Assembly (NCBI GenBank): GCA_029838215.1
Contig: JALGVI010000056.1
Coordinates: 1 to 31,903, forward strand
From: Candidatus Helarchaeota archaeon
GTDB taxonomy: Archaea; Asgardarchaeota; Lokiarchaeia; Helarchaeales; RDOG01
Direction of reading: 5' to 3'
Length of the DNA: 31,903 nt
In this document: piece by piece, positions 26,897 through 31,903 of the stretch
Position numbering within the stretch: the stretch's first letter is position 1
How the letters are laid out: the number at the start of each line of letters is the position of its first letter
Notes under the pieces: generated by a model
Databases searched by the model: none
The model's input: the letters and a program-made list of their open reading frames with translations, nothing else
Told to the model about the DNA's origin: nothing
Program-made: the position numbers and the translations under genes

Positions 26897-28108
26897 TTGG
26901 TTATTGATATTGCCTGTATTGGTGCAGGACCATCAATTTCATTCGCAGTTTTAGAAATTCTAAAACATGAGTCACAAAAATATAACATTCAGATTTTTGA
27001 AGAGCATCCTCAAGTTGGAATACCCATTCAATGTGCAGGATTAATCAGCACGACGGGATTTCAACGCTTAAAAATTCGATTGCCTAAAGAATGCATTCAA
27101 AACGAGATAAAGGGATCTCGATTTTTTTCTCCTTCCGGTCATGAGCTCTTCATCAAGCGCCCCGATATTCAGGCATACGTGATAGATCGGGCAATATTCG
27201 ACCAATTCCTGATGGATAAGGTCGTGGATCTTGGCGGCAAGCTATTTATCAATACTCGCGTTCAAGATCTTCAAAGGAATTCCTCGAATGGAATGACGCT
27301 GTCCATTCAGGATGGGCGTGAAAAAAGGACGTTAGAAACGCGGCTTGTAATTGATGGTGAAGGTGTTCGAGCGAAATTCATTAGAAAAATGAACTTGATT
27401 CCACCCAGTCGTCATTGGAATGTTCCTGCTCTACAACACGAGTTTACTCACGTGCGAGACATCGATCCTGATCATGTTGAGCTTTATTTCGGTCGCCGTG
27501 TTTCACCCGGCTTTTTCGCATACATCATACCTAAATCTGAAACTACGGCTCGCGTGTGTGTAGCCAGTAATCAAGGTAACATCCGGGCTTACATGAAAAA
27601 TTTTATCAATAAACACGCCATTGCTTCAGAAAAACTTGCAAATGCTCGCATTGAAGGCACGTCGGGTGGAATCATCATGACAGGTGGTCCCATTAAAAAA
27701 ACTCATTCGGATAACTTTCTTGGCGTTGGAGATGCCGTTGGACATGTCAAACCAACGACAGGTGGCGGGGTCGTCTTAGGAGGTCTTTGTGCAAGAATTG
27801 CAGGACAAACTGCACTAAATGCTTTAGAATCAAATGATACTTCTGCTCACGTGCTATATAATTATGATAAATCATGGAAAAAACAATACTTACGTGAATT
27901 TCAACTGCAAAAGCTCGTGCGGTTTCTCTTAAACAACGTTCCTGATAAGCTTCTTGATGCTCTATTTCACACCATTGATGAAAACATGCGAGACGAAATT
28001 CAATCGATCGGGGACATGGACATGCAATCCGCGGTCATAAAACGGATACTATTCTCACCAAAACTGTCGATACTTCTCGTTAAATTATTGTCCCACCTGA
28101 TATTCTAA
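26897..28108 (+). CDS. Geranylgeranyl reductase-family FAD oxidoreductase
   Basis: IGAGP, EEHPQVGIPIQCAG, YVIDRAIFDQFL, IDGEG, PGFFAYIIP, VGDAVGHVKPTTGGGV. Confidence 0.9.
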   Translation: MVIDIACIGAGPSISFAVLEILKHESQKYNIQIFEEHPQVGIPIQCAGLISTTGFQRLKIRLPKECIQNEIKGSRFFSPSGHELFIKRPDIQAYVIDRAIFDQFLMDKVVDLGGKLFINTRVQDLQRNSSNGMTLSIQDGREKRTLETRLVIDGEGVRAKFIRKMNLIPPSRHWNVPALQHEFTHVRDIDPDHVELYFGRRVSPGFFAYIIPKSETTARVCVASNQGNIRAYMKNFINKHAIASEKLANARIEGTSGGIIMTGGPIKKTHSDNFLGVGDAVGHVKPTTGGGVVLGGLCARIAGQTALNALESNDTSAHVLYNYDKSWKKQYLREFQLQKLVRFLLNNVPDKLLDALFHTIDENMRDEIQSIGDMDMQSAVIKRILFSPKLSILLVKLLSHLIF

Positions 28109-28313
28109 TTTGAGCCACCAAAACCCAACATTATTATCGAACTAACTGAAATATCTCACCTTGTTATCTTGATTTCCCATTGAATTAACTTTAAATAAAT
28201 TTAATAAAACCAAACATTTTTAGATTTACAAGTAGTCTTGAAAGTCAAACATGTTCAGCTTCACTTGAGTCATGTTTCTGAAACGACTAAAATTCAAGCA
28301 TGGAAGTAAGAAA

Positions 28314-28487
28314 ATGTCATCAATTCGCATTAATTGCAATGGATGTTCCAGATTAATTTCACCAAATGAACGTGCTGTTAAATTTGCGTGTCCGAATTGT
28401 GGAAAGATAATAATCTGGCGATGCGAACGTTGCAAGATTTTCGCACGTACATACCGTTGTCCAAATTGTAACTTTTTGGGACCATAG
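28314..28487 (+). CDS. Small zinc-ribbon protein (DUF1610/HVO_2753-like)
   Basis: CNGC, FACPNCG..IIWRCERC, YRCPNCNFLGP; usual position upstream of aEF-1beta. Confidence 0.9.
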   Translation: MSSIRINCNGCSRLISPNERAVKFACPNCGKIIIWRCERCKIFARTYRCPNCNFLGP

Positions 28488-28497
28488 AGGTGTTAAG

Positions 28498-28779
28498 ATG
28501 GCAAAAAGAATGTTATTAGTGATGAAGGTCCTGCCTGAAGGCACGGAAGTAGATCTTGAGAAATTGCAATCTGAAGTTGAGAAGTACATGCCCGAGGGCT
28601 TTGAACTCCAAAAAAACACGTTCTCCACGCAAGATTTAGCCTTTGGTCTAAAAGCTCTTAAATTTCGATGTTTCAGTCCAAATCAGGAAGGAGTCACGGA
28701 CATAATCGAAAAAGCTTTAGGTAAAATGCCTGGCGTACAACGAGCTGAAGTAGAACTTATGTCTTTAACCGATTTATAA
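28498..28779 (+). CDS. ef1b: Translation elongation factor 1-beta
   Basis: MKVLPEGTEVDLEKL, DLAFGLKAL, EGVTDIIE, PGVQRAEV. Confidence 0.93.
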   Translation: MAKRMLLVMKVLPEGTEVDLEKLQSEVEKYMPEGFELQKNTFSTQDLAFGLKALKFRCFSPNQEGVTDIIEKALGKMPGVQRAEVELMSLTDL

Positions 28780-28843
28780 ATATAACGTGCTTACACGGTC
28801 TGATTTCTTTTCATTTTATTTTTAATTTTAAAATTGATGGTTT

Positions 28844-29746
28844 GTGTCTCGAATGGAACCCGAGATTCAAGAAATATACATTCGAGCGGGAAAAATCGTT
28901 GCAAGAGCTTTAGAAGAAGCTCGAAAATTAATAAAACCAGGTACAAATTTGATTGACGTTTGCAATTCTGTCGAGGGATACATTCGGGAACACGGTGCTA
29001 TACCGGCATTCCCATTAAATATCGGAATAAACGAAATAGCGGCTCATTATACCAGTCCGCCAAATGATAAAAGCGTCATTCCAAATGAGTGTGTCGTTAA
29101 ATTAGATTGCGGGGCTGCAATAGACGGTTACACGACAGATATGGCTATTTCATTAGCTGTTGGAACCGAAAAATATGATTACTTGATTACCGCAGCTCAA
29201 GCAGGTTTGGAAAAAGCCATTTCGCTCATAAAACCTGGCATCGATGTTCGAAAGATCGGTGTCGCCGTTCAAGAAACCATCCGAGATCATGGTGCTCGAG
29301 TCATTTCAAATCTAATGGGCCATCAAATGAAGCAATTCAATCTCCATGCGGGTGTCTCGGTTCCAAACGTGAAAACTGTTGCTGGAGAATCTTACACGTT
29401 TAAGGAAGGGGATGTATTTGCCATTGAGCCATTTTCAACAAATGGTACTGGATATGTAAAAAATGGTCCAAAGGCCTACATATATGCCCTCCTCAAGAAA
29501 AATCCGAAAAATGTTTCACGAAATCTTGTAATGGAAATCAATAAAATTTGGCAAGATCGCCAAAGATTACCATTTGCTCCACGATGGTATCATCGAATTA
29601 AACCTGCAGATTTAAATCAGTTGCGTTCGCGCCACGTCCTTACATCATATCCAATTCTTGTTGAAGTCAAAAAAGGAGTCGTGGCACAAGCCGAGCATAC
29701 TGTTTTAGTAACAAAGAAAGGTTGTGAAGTCGTCACGACCTTATGA
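28844..29746 (+). CDS. map: Methionine aminopeptidase, type II
   Basis: AFPLNIGINEIAAHY, KLDCGAAIDGYTTDMA, LMGHQM..LHAG, AIEPF, VAQAEHT. Confidence 0.96.
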   Translation: MSRMEPEIQEIYIRAGKIVARALEEARKLIKPGTNLIDVCNSVEGYIREHGAIPAFPLNIGINEIAAHYTSPPNDKSVIPNECVVKLDCGAAIDGYTTDMAISLAVGTEKYDYLITAAQAGLEKAISLIKPGIDVRKIGVAVQETIRDHGARVISNLMGHQMKQFNLHAGVSVPNVKTVAGESYTFKEGDVFAIEPFSTNGTGYVKNGPKAYIYALLKKNPKNVSRNLVMEINKIWQDRQRLPFAPRWYHRIKPADLNQLRSRHVLTSYPILVEVKKGVVAQAEHTVLVTKKGCEVVTTL

Positions 29747-29762
29747 AATAATAATTTGATAT

Positions 29763-30278
29763 CTATTTTGTTTCTAAATTCTTGATCATTAAATTTGCTA
29801 TTGTTTTAAACGTTTTCTCGACATTCTTCCCCGTTTTTGCCGAGCTGAAGAAGCAAGGCATGTCCTGAGCATGCATTTTTAGGTCCTCTAACGTGACTTT
29901 CTGATTTTTTAAATCCATTTTGTTTCCAATAACCACGTATGGAACATCTCCTGCATGAGTCAAGATCTCTTCCAACCAATCCGTGATGTGTTCCGCTGAC
30001 ACGGGACGCGTGAGATCACAGATAATAATTGCTCCATTTGCTCCTTTCATGTAAAGATTCATTTTGTTCTTCCAAGTATCTTGTCCACCAATGTCCCAAA
30101 TGACCATTTTTGCTTCCACGCCTTCTTCTAATTTGACGTTTTTTACGAGAAAGTCTACGCCAATCGTTGAAATGTATTCTGAATTAAAGCGGTCTTCGAT
30201 ATAACGTTTTATTAACGAAGTTTTTCCGACTCCTTCATCACCTACTACTGTTAATTTCATCGTGTATTGTTTCGACAT
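29763..30278 (-). CDS. Rab-like small GTPase (Asgard type)
   Basis: G1 GDEGVGKTS, G2 TIGVDF, G3 WDIGGQD, G4 NKMD, G5 SSAK; no C-terminal Cys. Confidence 0.93.
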   Translation of the reverse strand: MSKQYTMKLTVVGDEGVGKTSLIKRYIEDRFNSEYISTIGVDFLVKNVKLEEGVEAKMVIWDIGGQDTWKNKMNLYMKGANGAIIICDLTRPVSAEHITDWLEEILTHAGDVPYVVIGNKMDLKNQKVTLEDLKMHAQDMPCFFSSAKTGKNVEKTFKTIANLMIKNLETK

Positions 30279-30289
30279 GTTAAATTCAC

Positions 30290-31039
30290 CTAATAATCAG
30301 GACGCTCATAAACGGATGGTGTTGGACGTCCTTCTGGATTCTTCATTTGTACGTGTTTGATGTATTCGTCTAATTTAAGTTTCGCTCCTAGAAGCGAAGC
30401 ATCAATTTCTTCGTCTGGATTATCAATAAGGGGACCGTGACCGGGATATATGGTCTTTATTCGAAGGGTTTTCAGTTTATAGAGGGAGTTGATGTAATCT
30501 GCAAGACTACCAGACTCATAAATATTTGAAACATACCCATTTGCAAATACCGTGTCACCACCAAACATGTAATACTTGTACGGGTCATATATGCAAATAC
30601 ATCCTGAAGTATGTCCCGGAGTGTGAATTATCTTGAGATGTTCATTTCCTAAATCAAAGATCATCCCATCTTCTAACCAAATATCTGTTTTTAAATCTGT
30701 AACATCGAAATCACATTCCTTGGCTCGAATTACATATTCATCTTGCAATTCAATCTTAGAAGCAGCCGCAGAATGAGCACAAACCGGGCACTTGAAGAAA
30801 TGATTTCCCGATAGATGATCCCAATGTTCATGCGTGTTGATGACAATGTTAATTTCTTCAAATTTGATTCCAATTTCTGAAAAAACGAGATATACAAAGG
30901 AATTAAATTTCTCATAATTTCCTGTATCAATTAAAACATTCATGCGATCTCCTAAGATTAAATATAGATGGCATCCGCGACCAAACGTTTCAAATTGATA
31001 CACGTTTTCGCGTAGTTTTTTTAAAGTGTAATCTTCCAT
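30290..31039 (-). CDS. MBL-fold metallo-hydrolase (glyoxalase II-like)
   Basis: LIDTG, THEHWDH (HxHxDH), HTPGHTSG, GGDTVF, YPGHG. Confidence 0.92.
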   Translation of the reverse strand: MEDYTLKKLRENVYQFETFGRGCHLYLILGDRMNVLIDTGNYEKFNSFVYLVFSEIGIKFEEINIVINTHEHWDHLSGNHFFKCPVCAHSAAASKIELQDEYVIRAKECDFDVTDLKTDIWLEDGMIFDLGNEHLKIIHTPGHTSGCICIYDPYKYYMFGGDTVFANGYVSNIYESGSLADYINSLYKLKTLRIKTIYPGHGPLIDNPDEEIDASLLGAKLKLDEYIKHVQMKNPEGRPTPSVYERPDY

Positions 31040-31084
31040 TTGGTTCCAAATCCCCTCAAGGTGTCTAAATTTATGATCTTATTA

Positions 31085-31672
31085 TTATCCCGCTTTTATT
31101 TTTTGTAATAACCAGGCAATGTTATGTCCCAAATTTTCCATTGTCTCTTTTCCTTCTGTATCATCTTGTACCGCACCAGGTTCAAGTCCGATGCCCAGAT
31201 TCCAATAACTTGAACATACGATTATCATCTGCATGATACCAAAGAAAAAATTTAAGTCAGCATATACCATGCACGCGCCCTGTCGGCGGACGGCAATAAC
31301 GGGAGCTCCGATCTTCCTTTTAAACATGTGATTGTTTGCAATTGCTACTAACCCGACTCGATCAATGAAATTTTTCATGGAACCCGTGACATTTGCAAAA
31401 TAGGTCGGACTTCCCAAAAGAATGACATCAGCATCAAGCAAATCAGAAATGATCTCATTCAAATCATCATCTTTCACGGAACATTGCTTATCTTTATAAT
31501 TAAAACAACGGAAGCAAGCAACGCAAGGGTTGATTTTTTTTCCCTTTAGCTGAATTATCTTCGTTTCAACGCCAGGAAGATCCGAACGAATGGCTTCAAA
31601 AACCATTTCGATCAATTGGGTCGTATTTCCGATCTTTCCACGAGCTGAGCCATTTATTGCCACGATTTTCAA
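31085..31672 (-). CDS. Flavodoxin-fold NADPH-dependent FMN reductase / iron-sulfur flavoprotein
   Basis: INGSARGKIGNT, CVACFRC-x7-C, DDLNEI, LGSPTYFANVT..MKNFIDR, YWNLGIG. Confidence 0.9.
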   Translation of the reverse strand: MKIVAINGSARGKIGNTTQLIEMVFEAIRSDLPGVETKIIQLKGKKINPCVACFRCFNYKDKQCSVKDDDLNEIISDLLDADVILLGSPTYFANVTGSMKNFIDRVGLVAIANNHMFKRKIGAPVIAVRRQGACMVYADLNFFFGIMQMIIVCSSYWNLGIGLEPGAVQDDTEGKETMENLGHNIAWLLQKIKAG

Positions 31673-31903
31673 GTTTCTAGCCTCGGAATAGCAATTTTTT
31701 CTAATATTACAACGTATTTAATACGATATAAAAAATTTTTTTGTAATAAGACAATCTGTCAAATGGAAGATACATGTATGCCAAAAAAGTTGAAAAAAAA
31801 TCAATTTAAAACGTGATAAATCCGCTTTTAATGCTGACCTGAAATCGTTTTTGATAAAAAATAATCATCATTTTCAAGAAATCAAATGGCATCAAACATC
31901 AAG

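Noticed and set aside
1191-30930. Numerous 60-140-aa antisense or alternate-frame ORFs in the track (e.g. 1191-1496, 9849-10190, 19801-20217, 24973-25281)
   Set aside because: They lie within well-supported genes and have no motifs; shadow ORFs.

Overview
Gene-dense archaeal chromosomal window, most likely from an Asgard archaeon. This is inferred from an Asgard-type profilin, a Rab-like small GTPase, eS26, class I LysRS, aEF-1beta, CDC48, a GGR and HdrA-MvhD. About 34 CDS. Housekeeping and redox genes are mixed with two toxin-antitoxin-like pairs (MntA/HepT; a Fic/Doc variant plus putative antidote) and a DUF134-MinD/ferredoxin ATPase-NifX metallocluster gene cluster. I saw no rRNA, tRNA, CRISPR array or transposase. 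Most unusual items: (1) an Hsp90-like GHKL ATPase (N and M domains, catalytic-loop SR kept) fused to a Wss1/WLM-like HExxH...HD..FY zinc-protease motif, between a Trx-type arsC and a divergent thioredoxin; (2) a profilin extended by a Pro-rich linker and an extra helical domain, downstream of cdc48; (3) a bacterial-type RNase III with intact catalytic residues and dsRBD; (4) a Doc-like protein with catalytic His replaced by Arg and Asn by His; (5) a polyferredoxin broken by an apparent frameshifting deletion. All family calls come from motif recognition by eye; no database searches were run.
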